Translations under genes and position numbers: made by a program | The notes under the pieces: model-generated | The model's database searches: none | The model's input: the letters and a program-made list of their open reading frames with translations, nothing else | Told to the model about the DNA's origin: nothing | From: Dimorphilus gyrociliatus | Lineage: Eukaryota; Animalia; Annelida | Assembly: GCA_904063045.1 (NCBI GenBank) | Contig: CAJFCJ010000015.1 | Span: forward strand, 682,001 to 746,000 | Length of the DNA: 64,000 nucleotides | Direction of reading: 5' to 3' | In this document: positions 15,701 through 27,314 of the stretch, one piece after another | Numbering within the stretch: position 1 is the first letter of the stretch | How the letters are laid out: each line of letters starts with the position of its first letter

Positions 15701-17007
15701 TATTGAAGGATGAATGGGTTATATTGAAAAGCGATGATACAACACCAACTTCTTGTGATTCTACTAGGGAACGAAAGGGATTGGTGAATGTTACAGTATT
15801 AGGAAAACTTCTCTGGGATAAATTACACCTTATGTTGACAAAAAGAACAACGCCAGATCTCATTGCGGCGGTTAATCAGATTACTCAAAGAATTATTTCA
15901 GAATACGTAAATTCAATGAAGATATTTGGTATTAGAGAATCAAAGAATATCGACAAATCCGCTGATCATGGAGATACAGATTCGTTAACAAAGGAAATAC
16001 GATACCATAGGCACTGGCAAACTGTATTGGAAATGATTCGCTCTTTTCGTTACGATGTTAATGGAACTTTGACATTGCAGGGAAATAATTTGTCCTTGGC
16101 CTGTTTTGATGGCAGTTCTTTTCAGGCCAAAAACTGGGTTATATTTACCCTCGATGAACCGACGATATCGTTTGACACAAACCCTAGAGATAATGTAACC
16201 TGTTTAGAAGACCTTGATGGACCGAATGCTATAGTTTGTCAATCATTAAATTTTCAACTTGGTCACAGTATGATGAAAGAAAATGTAAGTCGTATTATGG
16301 CGACCATCTGTCGTGTGACAAGAAGTGGAGAAGGTATTAAAAATATGGCCTCATCGGTTAGAATATGGTTTGATTATGCATTCGGTTGCAAGGATCTTCC
16401 CGGTTTGACCGACTTTCCATTATATGACGACGAAACCGAAACGGAAGTTTCTCGCGATAAAAAACGTAAGCCCTATCAGCATGACACAGAAATTATTTTC
16501 TTAATGCCTGCTTTAATGATGTATCTACTAACTGAACACCATCAAGAGCATAAGGAACCAACCTTAGAAGACCCTAAGGCAGATGTCGATTGTAAATTTG
16601 TTACAGATTTTTACGACGATATAAGTGTAACTATCAATGCTGGTGCACTCATGTTTCTTGGTGAACTTATCATAAAGTATATCGATACTGTTGAGCAAAG
16701 TGACCTACGACAGCGCAAATCCGATATTAAAAGTCCAACAAGCGTTCTAAAGGAGGATCAAAGAAATTTCCGTTGTATTAGCTGGCGTCTTGAACCAACT
16801 ATTAAAATGTTGGTCGGAAAACAATCATGTGAACCTTTTGGAATAGACAGAATCCTCAAGTATTTGGGCGTAAAGCATGCGAGTAAAACTATTCCAACCT
16901 GGATGCAGCGTGGAGTTTTGGATCCACTTGATAAATTTGTTAGCGTACTTATGCATAGACTACTCAGTTCTCTAAAAACGCATATTCGTGACAAACAATG
17001 GTCTTGA
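3760..17007 (+). CDS. BLTP1: Bridge-like lipid transfer protein family member 1 (KIAA1109/Tweek/Csf1 family), over 4000 aa
   Basis: An N-terminal TM segment is followed by YYNSR.LG-type and FS.SI.SGK.MFRDV-type motifs. The C-terminus has FRC..WRLEPT.K.L and IPTWMQRGVLDPLDK. Approximate exons: 3760-5412, 5490-5603, 5667-5762, 5822-6170, 6297-7798, 8023-9450, 9518-9773, 9844-17007. Confidence 0.9.
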
Positions 17008-17389
17008 ATTTATATTAAATTGTTAAATGTTTCTAGTCAATCTATAGTTGCCGTAGATATACAGAAACTCTGTTTACATACACGTATGTATTCTTTTCGA
17101 GAATCGAAAAATACGCCATGTTTGAAATACTTAATTAAATATTTCATTTTATTATTATAATAGAGTGCAGAGAAGGATATATGATAATAAAGCCATCATT
17201 CAATAGCAACATTCATTATATATCTTTAGCAATCAACGCTGGAAGCGGAACAATTTCCACAAATCGGCAAACGCGTGAAACATTTTCCGTTCAGCAAAAT
17301 TCCGCTCCAACGTTGCTCCAACTTTTTAACATGCAATGCATTCAGACCAACACTAATGAATAGAGAACGCTGCTGAATAATTCTACATT

Positions 17390-17470
17390 TCACATGTTTG
17401 CCGAAACCCTGTTTGATGAATAAAGTGTTAAATTGTAATAATTATAATCGTTAACAAATTTCCCTTACCG
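17390..17470 (-). other. MDH1 post-stop intron (17409-17468, 60 nt) and candidate readthrough extension ending A-N-M
   Basis: The minus strand reads TGA CG|gtaaggga...ttcatcaaacag|G GTT TCG GCA AAC ATG TGA. Donor, acceptor and length match other introns in this window. Confidence 0.65.
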
Positions 17471-18684
17471 TCAATATCCACAAAATTCTTCGGCAGAACA
17501 CTTTTCCTCTTGCAGCTCAGTCAAAGTAGTCGTCATTTTCTCCTTGCTAAATTCATCAATTTGGAGACCTTGTACGATTGAATACGTATGATCTGGTTTC
17601 GCTTGTACAGGGAAACTGTAAATAATTCCCTTCTCAATACCATATGAACCATCGGATGGAACAGCCATGGAAACATATTCATCTCCCTTTGTTCCGAACC
17701 ACCAGTCTCTCATATGGTCACCGATCGCCTTGGCTGCGCTCATTGCCGACGATAGTTTTCTGGCCTTGATAACAGCCGCACCTCGCGTTTGTACCGTCTT
17801 GATGAAGTCTCCCTTCAGCCAAGCATCGTCCTGGACAGCTTCGTAAACTCCTTTTCCAGCAACTTTAGCATGCCTAACATCAGGGAATTGAGTGTTAGAA
17901 TGGTTTCCCCAAATGATTACGTTCTTGACATCTTGAGGAACTAGGCCCATTCTAGTGGCAATTTGGGCTTGAGCTCTATTCTGATCCAATCTGGTAAGAG
18001 CGGTAAAGTTTTCAGGAGGAATAGAGGGCGCATATTTCTTGCAAATGAAGGCATTAGTGTTAGCGGGATTGCCAACAACTACAACCTTAACACTCTTTTT
18101 GGCGTGTTTATCTAATGATTCACCCTGGGCTTTGAAGATCTTGACATTTGCTCTCAAAAGATCTTTACGTTCCATTCCTTCTCTTCGAGGCATGGCACCA
18201 ACAAGGATGGCAACATCAATATCTTTGCATGCTACGTCAGTATCGGCGGTTGGAATAATGCTCTTCAACAAAGGCAAGGCGCAGTCTTGCATTTCCATTA
18301 CAACACCGTCCAAGACAGTAAGCATAGCCTCAATATCAAGTAGGACGAGTTCAATAGGTTGGTCATGTCCAAAGACATCACCCTTAGACAAAGGATACAG
18401 CAAGGAGTAAGCTATTTGCCCAGCAGCTCCAGTAACTAATACTCTGATTGGGGACTTTTCCTATAATAAATAATAAACAACATAACTGATAATGTGCATT
18501 TGATCGAAATGAAAAGAAATATGGCAGCAAATGTTACAATATCGGCTATTAGATAAAAATCTGAGTATGTTCAAGGTAATATTGTCCAAAAACAATGTTA
18601 CGGTATCAAAGTATATATTTTTATAAAAATGGTATAAATACGTGCAAAATATGTTTAATTGCAAACACAATAAGAACTTACCAT
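17471..18684 (-). CDS. MDH1: Cytosolic malate dehydrogenase
   Basis: Exon 1 ends in ATG|gtaagt (18682-18684). Exon 2 spans 18460-17471 and reads [21 protein letters not shown]...[15 protein letters not shown]...VGNPANTN...TRLDQNRA...[12 protein letters not shown]...[10 protein letters not shown]. Stop TGA at 17471-17473. Confidence 0.97.
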
Positions 18685-19040
18685 TTCTAAAACAGGAGGT
18701 TTTCAACTTTTTCGCTTTGCACAACAAACGTCCGAAGCCGAAAGAAGGAGAGATCGGAATGCCCTTGACCGTAGAAGGACGTTGTGACTTTTGTATTCAT
18801 ACGCGCGTACGTGTCGAATTAATTATTCGAAATTCTTCAATCTTATTAAGTCATTATCAAGCTAACTTTAATTTTTTTCTCAAGCTTTGTATTGCAGAAA
18901 AATCTCCAATAACGGTCTTATATGAAACTTTTCGCGAACTATTTTTATTAAAAACAAGACATCAACGACATCTATCAGATCCATGTAACACTCATATTAT
19001 CGCTCCCTAGTATTTAATTTTCGTTTGTAACTAATAAAAC

Positions 19041-21201
19041 ATGAGCTGTGCAGTTTGTGGTGCGACGTCCAAGACTAAGAAACAAACTGATGGTGTAAAA
19101 ATTCGATTTTTCCGTTTTCCTCGGGAGTTTACAAGGTAATAATAAAAAATTGTGAATTTCACTCATTTTTCTAATATTACTATTACAAACAGATGCAAAG
19201 CGTGGGCAGATGAAATAAAACAAGACCGCATTACTAAGTTATTAAACGAAGACGGTGTGATGAAAGTGTATAATTCCAATTACCGAGTATGTTCAAAACA
19301 TTTCTCTAAGACTGCCTTCATGGATGTAAGTTTACATACCAAAAAAATAATATCTCAATTCCAGGAAATTTCACTAGATACTTATATGATCTTTTGTAAT
19401 TGATACTTTATATAGATTTTTACATAGAAATGAAAGTCTTTAATTTACAAAAGTATCAGTTATATCTTCTAAGTGATTTGTCTATTTTTATATGTAAGCC
19501 TTCGCAGTCCATGTTAAGACGAGATGCTATTCCAACTATATCTGCTGTAGGATCATGTAATCCGAGGAAATCTTCAAAGGAAAAAATCTCAAAAATAAGA
19601 GAGAATACAACAAATATTGCTATGGATGTTGAAGAATTACCAGCTGTTAATAGTGAGCTAACACATTTTTTATTATAATATTTACGAATAATATCTAATA
19701 TACTTATTTTATGTTTTTAATTGTTTATTGTTTAGTGTTCTTAATTTATAATAACTTTTTTTTTTTTAAATGATACAAACTTCTTATGAATTCTTTTCTA
19801 CCTATCCGTCAAGGTGAAAACGTCACTTCTACGGACGTCTATTCAAGTCATAAAAGATATAATGACCTAGAAATTGTTAATATTGGTAAACAATATTTTC
19901 GATGGTGTAATATGAAATCTTTAAAAACTGATGAACAATTTGCGGAAGTTCTATTAGACATGTAAATTAATACTTTAGATATACTTTATAGTTTTATTAA
20001 ACTTTTGTATTTCCTGAATTAAAGGTATGAAAAATTTATAAAAACTGAAAATCAGCTTGAAGTTCCGACCATTTCTATCATGACTAGTGCAACTAAATCT
20101 ACGCAAGTGCAAATGGACGGTTTAACTACTGCGGAAGCGGAAAAGAAAGATTATTTAGAGAAACTTGAAAGATTAGAACCATCGAAACGACAATATGTGA
20201 ATGTTTTAAGATGCGATTTCTGCTCTTATGCGACAACTGATTCCGAAAAATTTCAAGAACACGAAAAGTGTCATGAAAACGATGAAAAAGACGAATCACC
20301 GAAAGATCAAAAATTGTGTAAATTATGTGGAATGACTTGCATGAATTCCAGAACCTTACATGCTCATATGTATAGAAGACATCAATTCCTAGAACATCAT
20401 TGCCCCATAGACGATTGCGGATTTTTTAGCAAATATGACACCGCCTTACAAAATCATATGGATGCTGCACATTCAAACGAGAGAAATCATATGTGCTCAT
20501 ATTGCGGTATGAAATTTAAGAGGCCAGACCATTTAAGGCGTCACGAAACAACGCACACTCGAACCGATAGAAAAAGACCAAGACCCCATCGACCGACATG
20601 TGAGATTTGTCAAGAGTCCTTTCATAGCGAAGCCAGATTTAGAATACACACCGCTTCTCATCATTCAATCGATGGTGATTTCGACGGTCAGTTTAGATGT
20701 CCGATAGAAACGTGTCACTTTCGTAATTCAAGTGAATTGAATGTTCTAAAGCATTTCAACTCTCATCATTCTCACATCTCAATGGGAGATGGACAAGGAA
20801 GAATGCTATTAAAGAAAATGTTTCGTTGTACATACTGTAGTAAAGTGCTAACCTCTTATGCAGGTCGATTAAATCATGAATTACGTCATAGAGGACAACG
20901 AAATTTTGCGTGTGACATGTGTGATAGGAAATTTTATGGCAAGGCTGAACTGAACACGCATAAACGAATGCGTCACAGCGATTTCAGGCCATTTAAGTGC
21001 GGTTCATGTAGTCTATCTTTCAAAAGATTATATACAAAGCAAAGACACGAACTTACTCATACTGGAGAAAAACCATTTGGCTGTCGACATTGCGATGCAG
21101 CTTACGCCGATTACCATACAAGAAAATTACATGAAAATAAAGTACACGGTATTAAACTAGTTAATACTAAAAAAGTGTGTTTAGACAATGAGCAGCAATA
21201 G
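19041..21201 (+). CDS. THAP-domain + C2H2 zinc-finger array transcription factor (5 exons)
   Basis: The THAP signature (MSCAVCG...FFRFP...W...VCSKHF...DAIPTI) spans exons at about 19041-19135, 19193-19325 and 19501-19652. An exon at 19814-19961 reads IG.QYFRW..MK.LKTDEQFAEVLLD. The last exon (20025-21201) carries roughly nine C2H2 fingers, including a TGEKPF linker. Confidence 0.85.
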
Positions 21202-21460
21202 AAGTGATGAAGTCTTTGTTTTATAAGTACTTGTTTTTTCTTTTTCTACTAAAAACTTTATATGGACGTTTACAATAATTAAGTGTTGTCTCCTCTCTAC
21301 TACTGGTCGACTTTGAGAACAAAACATGGTAGCCATAAAATATATATGGAAGTATTTTTTTTTGCAAGGGCTGCTGTAATAAAATTTACCCACAAAAAAA
21401 AACTATTGGAATGAAGTGGTCATTGTTTGTCTCATCTTTTTTTTTCTTTTCTTACCATTC

Positions 21461-22831
21461 TTAGAAAGAACCAGGCAACTTCATATACTCATTAGTAAGT
21501 CTAGTACAAGCTAACCACTCTTCAAGTGTAATCTCTTTGTTGTTGTCGTCGTCGCAGAATATTAGAAAGTTACGTCGGCAATCTCTAAGACGTTTCTTAC
21601 CAATTTTGATAAGTTTCCTTAGCACTCTCCATTCTCTTTTATCGATTTTGTTATTGTTGTTTAAATCGGCTTGTTTATGTAGTTGGAGAAAGGTGGACGT
21701 GTTTTTAACGTCTGACACAGTTCGATTGGCTTTAGTTATAATTTTACTGAGATACTCGTTTAAGTCGGCGCTTGTACAATTCTCTAGCGCCATTTTTATT
21801 TTACAATTTTCCGGTCTACCCTTTCTTACCGTTCTTGGCACAGCTAACCCGGTTGTTCTATACGCGCACCAGCAATAGCCTGTTGAGTTGTGACATTGAA
21901 TGGTTGAAAACATATCGCCTTCGCAATCGGGTATAAAAACGTTAGCCGGCGGGTATAAATTATGCTCCTTTATTGCATTAGTCCTATCCTTGCTACAGTT
22001 TGTTGTCTTCTTCGAAGAGAGATCTTTAGAATTTTTGGTTGTCAACAATATTGCGAAACTATGTTTCTTCTTCTTATTAAGAAGGAATAAAGAACGTGCT
22101 CGGGAGGGGTCCAGACAATTTCGCCATTCCGACTTGACGACACGGCGGTCCGCATTAGCATCACAGTAGGCGAACATTGTTCGAGAACAAATTCGAGGTC
22201 GGACAAGTTTTCTAATGGACGAAACAAATCGTCGGAATTCCTTTTTCATTAATTTGTTATCCCTATTCAAGTCGAGCCTTTTAAATTTAAGGTCAAAGGC
22301 CAGGCTTTTACTTTGAACGCCTTCTTGCAATTTTAGACGACGCATGAGCTGCTTGTTAAATCGAATCCTTTTTTTAACAGGACATTCGCTTCGTTTCCTC
22401 TTATTCTCATTCTTATTACAACTGGATCTCCTTTTACTACTAGTCTTTGGAATTATTTCACCTTTAGGCGTTACACACCAACAATAGCTCATAAAGCACT
22501 GCTTGGGAGCATATCTACCGTTCTCAACACATTCGGGAACGTGAACTTTTTGATTTCGTTTTCTTTTGTCCTGCGCTGATTTCCTAGCCTGAACGCATTT
22601 CGAATTGACCGACATATCTGTGCAATTACCTTTATGAATCATTTCCAATTTTATTTGACCGGAACAATTCCTTTCCTTTAACAGATTACAAAGACTATCG
22701 TAGGTACGATTAATATTCGAACACACTGTTCCGCTCTCCAAACTCGCCTTATTACATACGAAATTACGACAATTATCGGCAGAAAAAGCCGATTTCAACG
22801 AAAAGATTAACAGCAGAAAGCCGAACAACAT
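21461..22831 (-). CDS. SMOC: SPARC-related modular calcium-binding protein (SMOC/pentagone-like), single coding exon
   Basis: Signal peptide, then a Kazal-like segment (VCSNINRTYDSLCNL), two thyroglobulin type-1 repeats (QC...YCWCV/CA) and two EF-hand (EC) modules (LDLNRDNKL...EF; CDDDNNKEITLEEW). Confidence 0.88.
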   Translation of the reverse strand: MLFGFLLLIFSLKSAFSADNCRNFVCNKASLESGTVCSNINRTYDSLCNLLKERNCSGQIKLEMIHKGNCTDMSVNSKCVQARKSAQDKRKRNQKVHVPECVENGRYAPKQCFMSYCWCVTPKGEIIPKTSSKRRSSCNKNENKRKRSECPVKKRIRFNKQLMRRLKLQEGVQSKSLAFDLKFKRLDLNRDNKLMKKEFRRFVSSIRKLVRPRICSRTMFAYCDANADRRVVKSEWRNCLDPSRARSLFLLNKKKKHSFAILLTTKNSKDLSSKKTTNCSKDRTNAIKEHNLYPPANVFIPDCEGDMFSTIQCHNSTGYCWCAYRTTGLAVPRTVRKGRPENCKIKMALENCTSADLNEYLSKIITKANRTVSDVKNTSTFLQLHKQADLNNNNKIDKREWRVLRKLIKIGKKRLRDCRRNFLIFCDDDNNKEITLEEWLACTRLTNEYMKLPGSF

Positions 22832-23096
22832 TGTTCTCGCATCTGGTGCTAATCAAAGCTTGCCTTTTCTCCGTTTGTTTGTTTAGCACTTTAACTTTTT
22901 TATTACGCCGTAGATGGCGCTTTCGCGATAAAATGTTTTTTTTTCAAACACCGTTATTTTAGCACAAAATATTCATAGACAAGCAAATAACAACGAGTTA
23001 GTTATTTAAAAGAGACTCAATACATTGAATTAGAATCAATAATAATATAGTCATTTTCGTAGTAATAATAAATTTTACTGTATAATAATAAGTATA

Positions 23097-24637
23097 TCAA
23101 TCCAACGAATAAATGCTGTAGACTTTATCAAGGGGAGTTTCTTTTAAATTCTCTTTCATTACTATTTCTAAACGAATAATCGTCTTCAACGTGTCTGTTT
23201 CACACATGCTTGTGATACCAAATGCCGGTATAAGGAAAGCGTCATTTACCAATTTCAACGTTGCTAATGCTAAATGAGACGCTCGTAATTGCGATAAGTC
23301 GTAGTCGGCTATAGCTTTCTCCAGAATGAATCTTGCTAGGGCTCTGGATTTTGCAATTTTTTCGTTTGATACGCTTACCGTCCTCATTTTTGCTGAATAC
23401 CAATCGAAAAAGAATAATGGTGTTGAAGTAGCTATATCGAATCTAAGACGGCTTAACATGTACCGTTCCATCATAATCACATGGACTCGCGTATAGGCAT
23501 TGGCTGAGAGACGAATAAGATCGGCTATGAGAGGTGGATAGATATCTTCCATTTTGGAAGAGACTAGTAGTGCTGTAATACCGGTTAATTGTAAACAATC
23601 GCTTGAAATTGGCGTCGTCTTCAAAAATCTATCTACTAAGGCGACGGCCAAGAAAAACGATTCGAACGATAAATTCAAGTGACGCTGAACTTTGGCCAAC
23701 CATTCGACGAGGACTTTCCTACCATCCGCACTAACCATTGTCTGACCTTTGAGGCAATTTTCTATTTTAGCTGTTTGTCTGTCTTCGATACCTTTCCTAT
23801 GTGTAAATGTTTCCTCCATATATTCAGAAAAGCTCGAATCTTCTTCCTCGCATATCATATCTTCGGTTAAAATACTCGTCTTCGATTCCGGAGATGAATT
23901 AATCGAATTTGGCGAAAATGAAATTAAAGGTGACGTTGAGTTACCCCTAAAACGTTTCGTCATAAAGAATTCTTCATCATCCTAAATGGGTAAACACTTT
24001 TATGAATATTGAATCATTTAAAAGGTTCTACTATCTCCAGTGTAATTAATCCTATGCAATAAATCTAGTCAATTATCTATGCAAAGAGCAAATGAAGAGG
24101 AATATGAAGAAAACATTAAAAACGAGCAAAGAACTAATCAACCCGAATAAGAAAAAAAGCCAATAATTTTTGCACGTGTATCTAGATTTGTTATATTACA
24201 ATTACACAACTATATGGACGAATACATATTTAAATTCAAGCGCACACTATATATATCTATATTAACATGTATATATACTCTGTAAAATGGACAACATATA
24301 TACATTTAACCATATAAGATTCTATGTATATATACATATATATACATATATTTATCGAGCTATATATATGTATAAACTAATATATATATATATTACCTAC
24401 AACATTCGATATATTGGCATATAGAAATATTTATAACTAAGAAATTGTACATATATTTATATAAGCAATTGCGTGCAACATTCTAATAGAATAATAATCC
24501 TTTTTGTAATCCATTTTTAAATAGTACAGTTCTACAAGTATTGAGAGATAGATGATATTACTCACATGTAGAGGCCTTTTTGTACCTTTGCTCCTCTCCT
24601 CGAACATCTCTACGTCGATTCCGGAATCCACTTCCAT
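23097..24637 (-). CDS. Cyclin, most similar to cyclin O; exons 24637-24566 and 23981-23097
   Basis: The cyclin box reads RKVLVEWL.KVQRHLNLSFESFFLAVALVDRFLKTTPISSDCLQL.GIT.LL. The LSFES and DRFL.TTP...DC.QL features resemble vertebrate CCNO as I recall it. The two exons join in phase 0. Confidence 0.75.
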
Positions 24638-24989
24638 GCTTAACGGTTGGCGTATTCTGAAAGAATGGCGCTTAAAAGTTAAGTCAGTTGCTTTTTATAC
24701 GCTTTTTAATAGTGCTCCCCGCAAAACCGCCTCTATATAAATTGCCAAACTCTAAATAACTTCACTTGACACTTGAGTACAAGGGGTTGTCAAACGTTTT
24801 CTTGACGAAAAAACACATGTTTATAAAGACTTAATAGATAAGAGTGAAACGTTAAAAGGTTAATAAACTGTTTGTCGAGACTTAATAGTCCAAATAACAT
24901 AAAAATCGAAAATCATTAACAAAAGGATAAATAAAAACAATTATATTCAATTAAACTATATTACATATAAAGAATAGAGGAAGACTATG

Positions 24990-25675
24990 AAAAAAGAGTT
25001 AGAGACAGAGAGAAAAGAAGGCTAGCTAAGAAGATTGTAAAAATAGCGAGAAAGATAGAAATATGTATAGAGACACACAAAGAGTGCAAAGACAAGAGGG
25101 AACAGAGAAAAGAAATTTGGAAAGCATAGAAAGCGGAAAGAGAGAAAGAGAGATAGATAGATAGATAGATAGGAAAATAGAGAGATATATCGATAGAAAG
25201 AAAGAAGAGAGACTAATATAGATACATGAACAGTTTATTAGCGTATGTTTACTGGGTGATGTCAAAAATTTGATAACATATATTAGGCCTAAGGAGAAAC
25301 GTATCATAAACTTTATATATTTTCATATTAGTTACGTTTTTTCCTTCTTAATAAATAAGCGTAAAGATTAAGAAAATCAATTCAAATAATTTAAAAAAAA
25401 CCAAAATTATATAAATAATTGCATATATATATATATATATATATATCTCACTCTCTATCAATCTCACTCCCTCTGTCTCTCTGTCTATCAATCTTTCTTT
25501 CTCTCTCATTCTCTTTCTCACCTTCTCTCTCTTTCTCTTTCTCTGTCTCTCTCTCTCTTTCTCTCTCTCTTACTTTCTCTCTGTCTCTGTCTCTCTCTCT
25601 GTCTCCCTCTGTCTCTCTGTCTCTCTCTCTCTCTCTATATCTCTCTTTATATATATATATATATAATATATTTTA
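24990..25675. repeat. GA-rich tract (about 24990-25215) and CT/AT microsatellite tract (about 25420-25675)
   Basis: Direct reading; lies between divergent genes. Confidence 0.85.
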
Positions 25676-25797
25676 GTTTATTTATACCTACTTGAATCGC
25701 AAAAATCTTTGTGGATATTTTATATTTTAACGAGGTCAAAAGAAAAAAAAAGGTGAATAAAAAAAATATAAAAGTAAATATAAAAAAGAGAAATCTA

Positions 25798-27314
25798 ATG
25801 GTCATTGTTGATTACCTTTTAATGTTTTTAATGTTCATTATTTACATGTTTTTCTTAAATTGTCATCAATCCTTAGCAGTGTTAAAAGTACCAGACTCAA
25901 TTTGCAATCTTTCATTAAGTAGTACAGATAGACTTGATTTTATTAAAAAAATTGGAGTTTGTTTGCTTAAATCTCCAAATCGTTTAAATTTTAGGAAATC
26001 TCAACAATATTGTAGAATGAAGAAAATGATTCTAATGTTACCCATTCACCCTATGATTTATAATCATAAATTCATAAAAGAAGAGAAGAAACAATGGATT
26101 TCCCTATTGCCTATTGATATTCAAAATCTAACGCTTGGTTGGAAATTAAACTCTCTTTATAATGATATTATCGTTAAAGGTGTCAATAGGTCATCAAACT
26201 CAGATCGTGTTGTTTTATATGATCCAAATAAGAGTCAATTAGAGGAGGAAAATATTTATAGGAATCTACCATTCACTTGTATAAAAACTGTATTCGGTTG
26301 GTGGACTGCTTGGTCGCATTGGAGTTCTTGTACTCATACTTGCAATGGTGGATTGCAAACGCGGAGGAGGTCGTGTAAGAACTTTGAAACTGGATACTAC
26401 TGTGTTGGGTGGCCTATAGATCTCCAAGGTTGTATGACCGTTCGTTGCCCTGAAACTCTGAACGACTTTCATTCTGTTGGTGTTTGGAGCAATTGGCAAA
26501 ATTGGTTGTCATGTTCTAAAGTTTGTGGTTTTGGTAGTAAGCAGCGGAAAAGGGTTTGCTCTAGCCTCGTACCCTGTCTAGGGTCAGATAGCGAATGGGA
26601 ACCGTGCCATTTGAAAACATGTCCAATTCACGGCCAATGGGTCAGATGGGAAGATTGGACAAAATGCGGATTGTTTCAATGTAGCATTTCATCTAATCTG
26701 GGGAGAAAGTGGCGGTCGCGAAAGTGCACTTCCCCCAGACCTCGCTATGGGGGTTTGACCTGTTCGGGTGAGGCAGTTGAAACAGCCGAATGTGGCGAAT
26801 GGGAATGCCAGAAGTATTTAGTAACTGCCAGTGGTGGGTGCGAAATATCATGTCGTTTATGACCAGATAATGGTTAAATTTACTATATACAGCGCCACCC
26901 TTGGGACAAACGGCAGAACCAGGTAGAGAAGTAATTCCATCAGGATTTATAAACAAATATCTTGGTGAAATTCTTATCGGAATCTTATCAAGTCTAATCC
27001 TTTTATTTACTCTAATTGACGTCTATTTATGGGTATATTGGCGTCGTACTAAGGAACCTTGGCAGGTATTTTTTTTTACATATAATCTAACAAATATCAA
27101 ATGTACAAACGGGATGATAAATAAGATTTATACAAATAACATTTCTTTTTCTTAAAGTATACTCAGCTAAATATATATTTGTATATATGTTATTTATTAA
27201 GTTATATATATATATATATATATATTAAACCGTCGATTCACGACTCAGGTCGGTCTGGTAGAGAGCATGCTTACGAAGAAAAGGCGAGCCTATCAGACGG
27301 TCAATCAAAGGTGA
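25798..27314 (+). CDS. Type I membrane protein with a degenerate C-type-lectin-like domain and three thrombospondin type-1 repeats
   Basis: Signal peptide from ATG 25798, then C...YC...W...LPFTC. Three TSP1 motifs follow (WTAWSHWSSCTHTCNGGLQTRRRSC; WSNWQNWLSCSKVCG; WVRWEDWTKC...RSRKCTSPRPRYGGLTC). TM exon at about 26889-27065. The last exon (27249-27314) reads VGLVESMLTKKRRAYQTVNQR*. The first donor site is uncertain. Confidence 0.75.

Noticed and set aside
10583-16994. Multiple minus-strand ORFs inside BLTP1 (e.g. 14973-15413)
   Set aside because: These are antisense shadows of a long coding exon. The same applies to 18039-18410, 21537-22169, 55941-56968, 58422-59225 and 63065-63761.
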